IMG/VR virus record: IMGVR_UViG_3300014914_000005
Source of the DNA: an uncultured virus (IMG/VR IMGVR_UViG_3300014914_000005)
Lineage: Duplodnaviria; Heunggongvirae; Uroviricota; Caudoviricetes
Length of the DNA stretch: 64,000 nucleotides
Direction: 5' to 3' (one strand)
How positions within the stretch are numbered: the first letter of the stretch is position 1; each line of letters starts with the position of its first letter. The position numbers and the translations under genes were made by a program. This document shows, piece after piece, positions 29,819-39,466 of the stretch. The notes under the pieces are model-generated. The model was not told the origin of the DNA. It did not search any database and saw nothing but the letters and a program-made list of their open reading frames with translations.

Positions 29819-30553
29819 TTATTTCTTTTTCTTCTTCTTGCTTTTGGCTTTGGCCTTTTTCTTGGTGGCAATGGAGAATTTCCCTTTGTCGTCAATATCG
29901 AATGTAACATCTTTTTCACGTTCCATTCTGCTCGGCCTTTTCTGTCCGCCAAGCTGAACATTGACAGTCTTTTTCATTGCCTCTTGTTCCCGGTCCGGAA
30001 ACTTTCGCACAAGGTGTGCAAGGATTTGTTTTTTGGTAACGGGTCCCTTTGCTGTGATGTAATCAAGAATGGTTTGAATTACACCCGGGCCGGCGGGCTT
30101 TTTGGCTTTCTTCTTGGTTTCCTTTTTGGCCTTGCCGGTTTTCTTTTTCTTTTTGGCGGGAGCCGGCTCTTCTTCTTCGGCTTCCTCCTCCTCGTCGTCC
30201 TCGTCTTCTTCATCGGCATCGTCGTCGTCGATTTCTTCCTCTTCTTCTTCATCATCGACATCTGCCTCTTCCTCTTCTTCTTCATCGCCCGGAACAATTT
30301 TGCCATAATACTCAAAAGCATCTTCCGGGATGTCGTCCAACTTACCGGCATCGTCTAGCTCTTCGATGGCATCGCAAAATGACAAGGCAAGGCTCCCGAC
30401 GGTACGTTTGCCAACCTTAATCTTGGCATCCAAAAGGTCACTCTCGTTTAGGGACTCAACAACACCTTTAAGCTCCTTCAAGGTTACTTTTGACATGTCA
30501 ATTCCGGACTTTTCAATCTGCTTTTCTTCCTTCGTTTTCTTCTTTTTTGCCAT
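29819..30553 (-). CDS. charge-block protein (acidic tract, Lys-rich tracts, C-terminal winged-helix-like domain)
   Basis: D/E run, KKKKK runs, GVIQTILDYI..GPVTKKQIL; has its own promoter and terminator. Confidence 0.7.
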   Translation of the reverse strand: MAKKKKTKEEKQIEKSGIDMSKVTLKELKGVVESLNESDLLDAKIKVGKRTVGSLALSFCDAIEELDDAGKLDDIPEDAFEYYGKIVPGDEEEEEEADVDDEEEEEEIDDDDADEEDEDDEEEEAEEEEPAPAKKKKKTGKAKKETKKKAKKPAGPGVIQTILDYITAKGPVTKKQILAHLVRKFPDREQEAMKKTVNVQLGGQKRPSRMEREKDVTFDIDDKGKFSIATKKKAKAKSKKKKKK

Positions 30554-30609
30554 GGTTAAATCTCCTTTAAAATTTAGGTTTACGGTAAACATCCTGCGTC
30601 TATGTTCTT

Positions 30610-30627
30610 ATTATACCATATAGAAAG
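30610..30627 (-). promoter_or_regulatory. extended -10 promoter
   Basis: TATATGGTATAATA. Confidence 0.55.
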
Positions 30628-30644
30628 CTAAAAAGACTCGCTTT

Positions 30645-31292
30645 TTATCGTACTTTTACCAATTTATGAAGCTGAATGTTAAGGTATGAGTCAGTAAAAC
30701 CGTCATTTATAAGCCATTCTAACAGCTCCCTTGGGTCTAACTCACCGGAAACAGGCGAAAAGGCCCGTCTCGTATAAGAGGCAATTTGCTCGTCTCTGAA
30801 TTGGGATTCGATGTCTTTTGCATAGTCATAATCGGCTTTATCTGCAATAACATACTTGATGAAATCACTATAATTCAAAGAATCGAAATTGTCAAGTGCC
30901 ATTTTTTCGGCCATTCCCGAGCTGGGAAGCTTATAATCAACCACGAAAGAGCATGGCCATTCGTACGGAATTTTAATAGAACCATTCGTTTCAATGCTGA
31001 CGTCTATGCTTGCCATCGTTAGCTTATTCACTAGGCGGTATACGGGTTTAATTTGCAATAGTGGTTCGCCTCCGGTAATGGTTACTCGCCGGCTTCCCAT
31101 TGCTATGATATCGGATGTCAACCTGTCTACATACATCTCCTTTCCGTCTGCGTCTTGTTGCGCGTATAACGTATCACAATAATTACACCGTAGATTACAA
31201 CCAGCCAATCTTACAAAAGTTGTAATGGACCCAATCCCGGCGTTGTTGACTTCGCCGTTAATTGATTGAAATACAGAATTTACATTGACCAT
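30645..31292 (-). CDS. queE: 7-carboxy-7-deazaguanine synthase (radical SAM)
   Basis: FQSINGE, GCNLRCNYCDT, TGGEP, ETNG, QLHK. Confidence 0.93.
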   Translation of the reverse strand: MVNVNSVFQSINGEVNNAGIGSITTFVRLAGCNLRCNYCDTLYAQQDADGKEMYVDRLTSDIIAMGSRRVTITGGEPLLQIKPVYRLVNKLTMASIDVSIETNGSIKIPYEWPCSFVVDYKLPSSGMAEKMALDNFDSLNYSDFIKYVIADKADYDYAKDIESQFRDEQIASYTRRAFSPVSGELDPRELLEWLINDGFTDSYLNIQLHKLVKVR

Positions 31293-31660
31293 TATTTTCC
31301 TCTCTTCCATGTAATGTAACTGGTTGGCGTTTCATACAGCTTCAGTTTTTTCAGAATAATACCAAATGGTAATTGCTGTTCTATCTCCATGGCTATCCAA
31401 TCGATCACAGTTTCACAAGTTGGAATTTCAAACTTGTCATTTAGATAACTGTGATCCAGAGGATCAATAACTGCCGCGTTGACAATTTCCTTCAGTTCTT
31501 TAAAATCAAAAACCATAGCCGGGTAATGATCTAAATAACTCATGTTCATAATAGTCACTTCCAGAATTGCCGTGTGCCCATGTAGATTTTTACATGGGCC
31601 ATCATAATCCGGTAAGTGGTGAGCATAAGCAAATTCAAAAATTTTTGTAAGTTCTAGCAT
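31292..31660 (-). CDS. queD: 6-carboxytetrahydropterin synthase
   Basis: AHHL, CKNLHGH, LDHSYLN, PTCE, YETP. Confidence 0.93.
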   Translation of the reverse strand: MLELTKIFEFAYAHHLPDYDGPCKNLHGHTAILEVTIMNMSYLDHYPAMVFDFKELKEIVNAAVIDPLDHSYLNDKFEIPTCETVIDWIAMEIEQQLPFGIILKKLKLYETPTSYITWKRGK

Positions 31661-31764
31661 ATCAACCTCCCTTTAAAAGTAAGAATATTAAGAAACCAAA
31701 TGATATCCAAATAAATACGCAACCAGTACCTATCAACAACCACCAAAATAACATTCGCATTTTA

Positions 31765-33078
31765 TCACCTATCTCGATCTACGTAAGAACGACGACAAGG
31801 ATTTGATATGGCCAAATCTTGTTCGACCATTACTGCTCTGTTCTGAAAGAATTCCCGATGTCGATGGCTTATAACGTTAATGCGCATGATGCCATTATCG
31901 CGCTCTTCCTGGGTTTGGTTTAAACCGAGCATACAATCACAATGAGCAATTTTCCGGATATCTTCTGCGGTATCCAATTGCGTGATTAATTCCCGGTCGG
32001 TCCCTTGCCTGTTTGTTTGGCTTGCGGTTACTACTAACCAGTTTTGTTCCTCTGCTATTTTCTTCATAGACTTCCAAATAGCATCTAAACCTTCTCTTGT
32101 AGAGCCTTCGTTATGAAGTACAATATCGCCATGGTCAATAATCAACACGTCACATTCCCAATCAGAAGTCTGCTGCTCTTGTATAATGTCATTGTAGATC
32201 ATATCGATGGTGGCAGAAAAACATGGATATACAAACAAACGCATTCTGTCACCATATAAACGAGTATAACGTCGCATCCCTCTTTCCGTTACATCTGAAT
32301 CCGGTTGCGGTTCTTGGGAAACGTATCGCGCGATTCTGGTTGCTAATGTACGTTCAGTCATTTCCAAGCTTACCAATGCGACATTCAAGTTTTCTTCCCA
32401 GCATAAATGCGCGAGGTATTGTAACCAAAAAGATTTTCCACGTTTAAATGGGCCCATTATGCCTACAAGCCAGCTTCTTTCAAACCAGCCAACGTGATCC
32501 CCGAGCGCTCCCGGGAAACAGACAATTCTTTGGTTCCTTGATGTATTCATCATTTCCCTCATGTTTTGCGGTGTCACGGCACGGTTTGCCGATAAATCGC
32601 CTTGTACATCTGTAAATTCATTATGTAGACGAGTCAAGGCGGACAAGTTACTCGTTGTAATATAGCCTTGCATTTGTGCGTGAAAGTTTGCCCAATTACG
32701 TATGCGGAAATAATCAGTAGCATTTTGAATCAGTAACTCCCGGTTATATTCGCCGTTTACGTAACGTTCGTTGAGGTCTTCCAAGAAAGCCTTTATAAGC
32801 TTGTATGTTTTGATACTGTCTTCCTGCCTATACATGAAAGACTTTTTGGCATCCAATATATCTTGCATATTGGAGTTCGGTGCTTGCAAGTATTCGTCAT
32901 AATAGTCTGTAATCCAACCGGCTATTTTATCCAAATATTCAACTTCAAATACTTTTCCGGTTTCGCTTTTATATAGTGGTCGGATACGCTTTATAAAATC
33001 TGTGTCGACAATCATGGCCGTTATTATATTCTTTTGCAGATCTGTATTTACAGGTCTATTCCTAGTTACTCCGGGCAT
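31765..33078 (-). CDS. dnaB: DnaB-like replicative helicase
   Basis: GPFKRGKS, SLEM, LIIDHGD, TASQTNR, AEDIRK. Confidence 0.85.
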   Translation of the reverse strand: MPGVTRNRPVNTDLQKNIITAMIVDTDFIKRIRPLYKSETGKVFEVEYLDKIAGWITDYYDEYLQAPNSNMQDILDAKKSFMYRQEDSIKTYKLIKAFLEDLNERYVNGEYNRELLIQNATDYFRIRNWANFHAQMQGYITTSNLSALTRLHNEFTDVQGDLSANRAVTPQNMREMMNTSRNQRIVCFPGALGDHVGWFERSWLVGIMGPFKRGKSFWLQYLAHLCWEENLNVALVSLEMTERTLATRIARYVSQEPQPDSDVTERGMRRYTRLYGDRMRLFVYPCFSATIDMIYNDIIQEQQTSDWECDVLIIDHGDIVLHNEGSTREGLDAIWKSMKKIAEEQNWLVVTASQTNRQGTDRELITQLDTAEDIRKIAHCDCMLGLNQTQEERDNGIMRINVISHRHREFFQNRAVMVEQDLAISNPCRRSYVDRDR

Positions 33079-34321
33079 CTCTACCTCTTCGTGGTCTGTC
33101 CAATAGGTGCTCGTTATATAACCAGCTTACAAACTGCGCTGTCCAACTGTCGCTGGCGAAGTAATGAGGTGGCTTTGCCTGCCTAAAATTTTCATGTCTT
33201 AAGAATCTAAAAAACCGAACTACCATCTTATACGTTTTGGGTTTTGGGGATGCGTCATACGTCATGTATGAACCATACTGTCGAATTAGCTTTTGCATGT
33301 TTGAAACTATTTTACGAAAACCAGCTTCGTATTGCGGGAGCTGGGAAGTGCCATTAGTGCTCGGGAACATTTCTTTATATAACCGTCTTACAAGCTCCGT
33401 ACTTTCCGGGTGCGGATCGTTTGGTACGCCAATGATAATTTCGTAAGCCTTGTTCTTGCCTTTCAAACAAATGTTCATCATACTGCCTTGTCCACGTAAT
33501 CGGTTTCGCTTGTTATTGGTTATCAACTGTTTGACAAAATGATTGTATTTAAAGAACTCCCGGAATGTTACCTTGTAGCCGGCCATACTTCTTGATCGAC
33601 TCGCCATATATTGATCAAACAATTCTTTGTATAAAGCGGCCGCTACTTGCAGTTTAGGCAATGAGTGGCGTTTAATTGCTTCAGTGGCCAATCGTATTCC
33701 TTCATAGTAATTGTCAGAGCCTTCATTATGGCCAGACAAGCCAAGTTCGGTTTTCCAATAGTCATGCAATGTAATGGCATGTGTTTCATATTGGCTTGTT
33801 GATACACGTGTTCTTTTGATACGTTTGGGTTTTCTACGTACCAAAACACGTTTTTTCTTTTTGTCCTTTTTATTCAAAGAAGCATTCATCGAATCGCTAG
33901 ATTCGATATTGCTTTCTTTAGAAAGCAATTTATTGGTTTTAGTTTTAGTTTTGGTTTTAGGTCGCCTTCTTAGTCTTTTTGAGTCTCCTTTAGTCTCCGG
34001 TGGTCCCGAATAATAATTGTCATGATTGCGTAATAATTCGTGATCAAAGTTGATTTGGTAATACGGATAATCCCGTGTTCCATATCTGTAAACTTGGATC
34101 AGGTTTTGGTTTTCAAGTGTTTTTCTATGCTTGTAGAAAGCGCTTTTTGATAGGCATAATTGCTCAGTGATACGAGGTGCCATGATAAAGAACTGCTTGT
34201 GTTTGTCGCCTTCACAAAAATGCTTCCAATTGTTTACAATATAGTTTAGTATTATGCTTGGATGATGGCCCAATTCTGAAACCCAATTCATAAAATTTGG
34301 GTGCTTTTCATACTCGCCCAT
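33062..34321 (-). CDS. putative replication initiator / helicase loader
   Basis: N-terminal winged-helix-like region, low-complexity linker with repeats; sits between primase and dnaB. Confidence 0.6.
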   Translation of the reverse strand: MGEYEKHPNFMNWVSELGHHPSIILNYIVNNWKHFCEGDKHKQFFIMAPRITEQLCLSKSAFYKHRKTLENQNLIQVYRYGTRDYPYYQINFDHELLRNHDNYYSGPPETKGDSKRLRRRPKTKTKTKTNKLLSKESNIESSDSMNASLNKKDKKKKRVLVRRKPKRIKRTRVSTSQYETHAITLHDYWKTELGLSGHNEGSDNYYEGIRLATEAIKRHSLPKLQVAAALYKELFDQYMASRSRSMAGYKVTFREFFKYNHFVKQLITNNKRNRLRGQGSMMNICLKGKNKAYEIIIGVPNDPHPESTELVRRLYKEMFPSTNGTSQLPQYEAGFRKIVSNMQKLIRQYGSYMTYDASPKPKTYKMVVRFFRFLRHENFRQAKPPHYFASDSWTAQFVSWLYNEHLLDRPRRGRDARSN

Positions 34322-34329
34322 TATGCCTC

Positions 34330-34428
34330 CTCTCTACTGACTCTCTGTGGCCTCTCTGTGGCCTTTCGATGGTCGCCCGGTAGTCGCCGGAGTGTCGCCG
34401 GTTAGACTCCGGAGTGACTCCGGTTATT
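34330..34428. repeat. nine degenerate 11-bp tandem repeats (candidate origin iterons)
   Basis: ctctctactga/ctctctgtggc x2/ctttcgatggt/cgcccggtagt/cgccggagtgt/cgccggttaga/ctccggagtga/ctccggttatt. Confidence 0.65.
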
Positions 34429-35362
34429 CCTTCAAGAGGTTTTTAATCTGCTGAACGGTCTGTTGGCTTATACTCCCGGGATCGGCTTCGTCGTTCAGCT
34501 TAAGCACTTCAACTTCTTTCACCACATAAGCAATACGAGCGGCAACCCGCTGCGCTGCTTGTTGAGCTTCCGGTTCATTGTCAAATAAGATATACACCTT
34601 TTTAAAGTTACGTTCCCGGATTAAATCAATTTGTTCATCTGCTACCTGGGTTCCAAAAGTGGCAACAGCGCCATCACCAATTAACCATGTGTCTGTTGGG
34701 CCTTCAACCAATACAATATTATCACCAGTGGCATTATCCAAATTATACAAAAGCTCCCGGCGTGGAATCAAAGCATTATTGTTTGAACAATGATAATAAC
34801 GTTCTTTTGCTTTGCCTGTTACGTCGCGCGCGGTGAAATTAACTATTTTGTTGTTAAGATAGACAGGGATAATAATGCGGAATCGGTACCGTCCAATGGT
34901 ATGTACTGGAAGCAGACCATATTTGTTGATATACTTTCTTACAGGCCGGTAGCCTCGGTTGAAAAGAAAAGATAAATGAGGTGTGGGCCATTTGTCGACA
35001 ATGGAAGACGGGAGAATGGAACCAGACCGAGGCCGGGTCTGTGCAGCGCCGGCTCCAGAGGGTGGTGCTGGTTCGGTACCGCCGCTAAATCCATCCTCCC
35101 GATATTGGGCCATTACACGTCGGGCATCCCGTTCATCGCAGCCTTCTATGGCCATTATGAAATCAATTGCCCGACCGGAGGCATGACAAAGCCAACAGGA
35201 ATAATTTAACCTGTCAAGGTTGATTCCCATATGGTTTGAATGGTCTGTACAAAATACACAAGGCGTTCCAATCCATCCCTGTGAAATATTATTGCCTTCA
35301 TCCCACCAAGGAATATTCCTGTCGTCTAAAAACTTAATAATATTAAACTTTGAATATGCCAT
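34424..35362 (-). CDS. dnaG: DNA primase (Zn finger plus Toprim)
   Basis: CVFC..H..CWLC, VEGPTD, LFDNE, DPG. Confidence 0.85.
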   Translation of the reverse strand: MAYSKFNIIKFLDDRNIPWWDEGNNISQGWIGTPCVFCTDHSNHMGINLDRLNYSCWLCHASGRAIDFIMAIEGCDERDARRVMAQYREDGFSGGTEPAPPSGAGAAQTRPRSGSILPSSIVDKWPTPHLSFLFNRGYRPVRKYINKYGLLPVHTIGRYRFRIIIPVYLNNKIVNFTARDVTGKAKERYYHCSNNNALIPRRELLYNLDNATGDNIVLVEGPTDTWLIGDGAVATFGTQVADEQIDLIRERNFKKVYILFDNEPEAQQAAQRVAARIAYVVKEVEVLKLNDEADPGSISQQTVQQIKNLLKE

Positions 35363-35450
35363 AACTGCTTATTTATAATGCATAAGATTACATTTTATAA
35401 ATAAGCAGGTATCGTCATATTTAAAATAATTATACATTTGGTTTTCCTCC

Positions 35451-36872
35451 TTACAACCAGCCGTTCCGCGCATATGTCTGTAATCGCATTACAGTGTGTT
35501 GAGCTAGGAATTTATATGGGTCTAAAAAATCCACTACTTCAACAGTATGTTTTAAATCTGTACGTCGGAGACCTCTGCCGGTGAACTGTAATGTTTGAAT
35601 TTCGCCTCTGCCACCACATGCATTAATAACACAATCCAAGCTTGGGATATTAATACCTTCTTTCCAAATAACGGTAGTAATCACAGCGCCTATCATCTTT
35701 TCACTAAATAAACGTTTTACTTTGTTCCGGACAATTGCCGAGGTGCTGCCTTGTAAAAATGTAACGGGTACTCCCATATTTTCAGCGATGTCGACAAGGT
35801 TTTCTCCTTGCTGAATCTCTTTAACCATAATTAAAACGGATTTGCTATTCCTGTTCCGTTTCGCAATTGTAGATATAATGAGTTTATTTCTTGTTTTATT
35901 GTTTGTAATGCCTGCCGGGTAGATATCTTTGTAAGAATATAAATCACCAATATGCCTTTCGTGCGGTACTGGTAACAAGGTGAGCTTCGGTCTGGCAATA
36001 ATACCCAATTCAATCCCTTCCTCAATTGTTAATTCGCCAATCACCGGACCTATTAGAGCCGCGGATGATAGCTGTTTATATGCATCGTTTTGTTTTGAAT
36101 GCGGTGTAGCTGTAAAGCCGATTTTATACGGTGCCCAATTCAACATTAAAATGGTGCCGTAACTGTTTTTAATATCGCTTGCATGGTGAGCCTCGTCGAC
36201 TATAACAAGCGAAAAATAAGTATCTAAATCCCGGTCTGCCTTTACTAATCTCACATATTTCAAATTGGTGGCAACTACAATTCTAGTATCCGGATTGATT
36301 GCTTTATCACCGCCACCACCAATCATTTGAACGTTTTTGAAACCATGGGATCTGAATTCGTCTACTGTCTGTGATAGCAAGTCTTTTGTATGTACCAGAA
36401 ATAAAATCTTAGCTTCTGGTGGGAACATGCTTGAAATCCCCATGGCGATAATGGTTTTTCCGGAGCCAGTGGGAGACTTGATAATGCCTCGTTTTCTTCT
36501 GATTGCTTTTTCGATTAATTCGATTTGGTCTGGCCGGAATGTAATGCCATTAAGGAAGGGCTTTGCGGTTGGTTTAAAGGTCTCAACTGATTTGGCAAGC
36601 TCGCTTTTTGTAACTTTGATTCCAATGTTTTTCTTTCGTAGATGCTGTTTAATAATTGGTAACAAGCCAAGTAAAAATTCGTTACGTCGCCTGTCGATCA
36701 TAAAACCAGTCTCATGTCGCGGTTCATTTTTATATTTTGTCTTTTTGTACCATGTATAATTATAAGACAAAACGTCTTCAAAATGCCGGCGGTCCTGCGG
36801 CGACACTTTGCACCAAGCGCCATCGATTTGTTTTACCTTAATATGTTTTATGTATTTTGTTTTTGCTGGCAT
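35451..36872 (-). CDS. SF2 DEAH helicase (UvsW-like)
   Basis: PTGSGKT, DEAH, TAT, GRGLR. Confidence 0.9.
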   Translation of the reverse strand: MPAKTKYIKHIKVKQIDGAWCKVSPQDRRHFEDVLSYNYTWYKKTKYKNEPRHETGFMIDRRRNEFLLGLLPIIKQHLRKKNIGIKVTKSELAKSVETFKPTAKPFLNGITFRPDQIELIEKAIRRKRGIIKSPTGSGKTIIAMGISSMFPPEAKILFLVHTKDLLSQTVDEFRSHGFKNVQMIGGGGDKAINPDTRIVVATNLKYVRLVKADRDLDTYFSLVIVDEAHHASDIKNSYGTILMLNWAPYKIGFTATPHSKQNDAYKQLSSAALIGPVIGELTIEEGIELGIIARPKLTLLPVPHERHIGDLYSYKDIYPAGITNNKTRNKLIISTIAKRNRNSKSVLIMVKEIQQGENLVDIAENMGVPVTFLQGSTSAIVRNKVKRLFSEKMIGAVITTVIWKEGINIPSLDCVINACGGRGEIQTLQFTGRGLRRTDLKHTVEVVDFLDPYKFLAQHTVMRLQTYARNGWL

Positions 36873-36907
36873 GCCGGCCTCTTTTTACATTGGTACCGAA
36901 AGCAAGG

Positions 36908-36936
36908 ACTATAAATTAAATATTTTGGTATTGCAA
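36908..36936 (-). promoter_or_regulatory. sigma70 promoter upstream of the helicase
   Basis: TTGCAA-N17-TATAGT. Confidence 0.55.
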
Positions 36937-36954
36937 GCTTTTTTTTTACTTTTT

Positions 36955-37356
36955 TTATATGCTTTTAAAATAATTGCTAATTTCCCTATAAACTCTTAAG
37001 GCCTCGGTCGTCCCATAAAGGCCTTTTAGGTACTTTAGGACCCGCTCTTTGGTCAGTATTAGGTCCAAGTTATTACCTTTTAAAATATTGCCATTTACCC
37101 GGACCTTTTTTAACTTGTCGATCATATCTGTATCCCAGTTAAATACTAGAGAATCCAAAATGTCCTTGGCATTGGTACTCAATTTCTCGTAACATTGGTT
37201 GAGATGTAAAATGTCTTCCGGGTCCGGAGACTGTACTTGTAGATCTACAGTCGGGTCGTCTAGCGGGACATGTTCTTGGAAGATGAGATGTAAATAAGGT
37301 TCGACACACTCATATGCTGTAATAAGCTTTTCAAATTGCTGTTTAGATATGCTCAT
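36955..37356 (-). CDS. hypothetical protein
   Basis: ATGA-coupled ORF. Confidence 0.55.
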   Translation of the reverse strand: MSISKQQFEKLITAYECVEPYLHLIFQEHVPLDDPTVDLQVQSPDPEDILHLNQCYEKLSTNAKDILDSLVFNWDTDMIDKLKKVRVNGNILKGNNLDLILTKERVLKYLKGLYGTTEALRVYREISNYFKSI

Positions 37357-37826
37357 TTTACAGCCCTCCTCACAATCTTACGTTTTTTATCTTCTGGTTT
37401 AACTTGACGCTTTACTATTTTACGAACAGTGGTTTTTGATGGCTGAAAATTAGAAGTGGATTTGGGCGGGTTTCTATTTGGTAAGACCCGAGCCGGACGG
37501 TCAGGCATTGCTTGATAAATAATATCCAGCTCGGGTTTTTGGCCGCATTTTACACACTTGTCATAATCAATAGTTTTATGTAACCGGCGATTCTTGCACA
37601 TGTATATTGTAACTCTATGATCATAGAAATCACAATAAAACCATTTTACCGCCTCGAATTCTTTGCAAGCGGGATCATCTGTAGACACTGGTTGTTTTGA
37701 ATGTCTACATTGCCTCGACGTTTGTGTGTTTTTAGAGTTATGCGAGTATAGAATTGGGCTTGCCGCGAATGTAACACAATATCGACATGTAAGTTCTGCT
37801 TTTACCTTTTTCTTCTTTTTAGGCAT
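37353..37826 (-). CDS. Cys-rich basic protein
   Basis: multiple Cys; Lys/Arg-rich ends. Confidence 0.6.
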   Translation of the reverse strand: MPKKKKKVKAELTCRYCVTFAASPILYSHNSKNTQTSRQCRHSKQPVSTDDPACKEFEAVKWFYCDFYDHRVTIYMCKNRRLHKTIDYDKCVKCGQKPELDIIYQAMPDRPARVLPNRNPPKSTSNFQPSKTTVRKIVKRQVKPEDKKRKIVRRAVK

Positions 37827-37827
37827 G

Positions 37828-38103
37828 TTAAAAGGCTCCCTTAGTTATTATCTTACGATCAGGAAATAGCACGTCCGGTTTCACTGTATATAATGTTTTC
37901 CCATTTGGTGCTTGCACTCTATAACGGTCCGGGAAAAGCATATCCTTTTTAATGTACGCTTTTGTTTTGCCATCCTCCCGAAGAATTTGTTGATTAGGGT
38001 TGATCGGGTCTGGCAACAATAAGGTGTTGAAACTCGGTTGCATCGTCCGGCATGACGAGCTTAAAAGTATTATCACTACTATCAAAAACAAGAACTTTTC
38101 CAT
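37828..38103 (-). CDS. putative lipoprotein
   Basis: signal peptide ending in LLSSSC. Confidence 0.6.
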   Translation of the reverse strand: MEKFLFLIVVIILLSSSCRTMQPSFNTLLLPDPINPNQQILREDGKTKAYIKKDMLFPDRYRVQAPNGKTLYTVKPDVLFPDRKIITKGAF

Positions 38104-39049
38104 TTGTATTAATCCTCCTTAATGAATTTTGTAATCTCTGTACGGCATCATAAAACGCACCTAATTCTTCATCGTCTGCATCTGGTGAATTAAAACGCCG
38201 TCTAAGCATCCCATTTGCTCCTCTTAATGCCAGTTCATACTCATGTATATCTTGTCCAAGGCCTGAAAGTCCTTCCGGGTGAGTGAGGCCTTGTGCTTCA
38301 ATATTTAAGCGTGGGCGTCTCACGTTCCAATCGCCCATATACTCTTGCTCAAATAAATGTCGTTGTGTTGGTGCTGAATAATTACGTGCCAGCTCTTGGA
38401 AATTAGGCCTTTGCGAACGGATACGACCTGTTACAGTGCCTCGATATTCGAACCTACCGGGCATCTCTGGCGCGGTACCTGTTTCCTGAATACGCTGACG
38501 TTCAAAACGTTCCCTGAAATTGGGAATACGCCTTAATAACTCAGCCTCCATTGTCGGCCGGTTATTTGGCGTCCTGTCGCCCACAATGTAAGCAAGCTGT
38601 TTGTTTGTTAATGTACCTCGTTGTTCCAATTGGTTTTTCAAACTGTCTACAAACTCATTTGAAGGCGTTGCTTCCAAGACTGCCTTTACATACTCCCATG
38701 AAATAAAAGGCACCTGCTCAAGGTTATTAATGGTATTCTCAATAAAGTTTTTTACCATTACTATTAGACGATCGACAGAGCCTTTGCGCAAGAACCGTTC
38801 TGTCTTTATGGTCCTAGCATTTAAAGTGTCAAAACAAGTCACTTTAATAGCCTTCCATTTTGGATTGCTTTTTCCTGTTTGGGTGTGAATTGTACTGTGT
38901 ATATAAACGTCAATATCTGGATTTGCAGTTCCCATCATATACACTAATTCATGGCGTTTTTTCTCTTTAATCTTTTCAACTGGTTCCATGAAATGCTCGT
39001 CGAGTAAATCTTCAAACATTCCCGGAGTAAATACAATTTCATTTTGCAT
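37994..39049 (-). CDS. hypothetical protein
   Basis: AAGGAG RBS; 351 aa. Confidence 0.65.
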   Translation of the reverse strand: MQNEIVFTPGMFEDLLDEHFMEPVEKIKEKKRHELVYMMGTANPDIDVYIHSTIHTQTGKSNPKWKAIKVTCFDTLNARTIKTERFLRKGSVDRLIVMVKNFIENTINNLEQVPFISWEYVKAVLEATPSNEFVDSLKNQLEQRGTLTNKQLAYIVGDRTPNNRPTMEAELLRRIPNFRERFERQRIQETGTAPEMPGRFEYRGTVTGRIRSQRPNFQELARNYSAPTQRHLFEQEYMGDWNVRRPRLNIEAQGLTHPEGLSGLGQDIHEYELALRGANGMLRRRFNSPDADDEELGAFYDAVQRLQNSLRRINTNGKVLVFDSSDNTFKLVMPDDATEFQHLIVARPDQP

Positions 39050-39227
39050 TGGTTACTCCTTTATCTATTTCGTATAGCCTCCACTAAGAAATAAGCTGAA
39101 ACCATACTGTTCGGCCATGTAACAAACCCATCTACATATGCCCAAATCGTTAAGGCTATGATGCTTGAACCAATACTTGCAAGCGAATAAATTATAAACG
39201 AAGATGATGTCATTGTCAAACCTCCTT

Positions 39228-39449
39228 TTAATACCTTAATTTAAGCCATTCTCCGTCCACCTTAACATACAAGGTAGCGGTGTCATGATGAAATTTATAA
39301 TCCTTCATTGGACCCATTTTATATATGGCCTTTTTTATTCTTGGTGGCACCACACCGCCCGTATAAACAGGCGGCTGAATTATGCATGGTGTAAAAGAAC
39401 ATGAAGAAGAGGCCATTACAATTAATATAAAAGCTAGTACCATTTTCAT
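39228..39449 (-). CDS. putative lipoprotein
   Basis: signal peptide with MASSSC. Confidence 0.5.
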   Translation of the reverse strand: MKMVLAFILIVMASSSCSFTPCIIQPPVYTGGVVPPRIKKAIYKMGPMKDYKFHHDTATLYVKVDGEWLKLRY

Positions 39450-39466
39450 TATGCTGGTCTCCTGTT

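Noticed and set aside
30102..30308. poly-Ser/Phe ORF on the + strand
   Set aside because: Antisense shadow of the acidic and Lys-rich gene.
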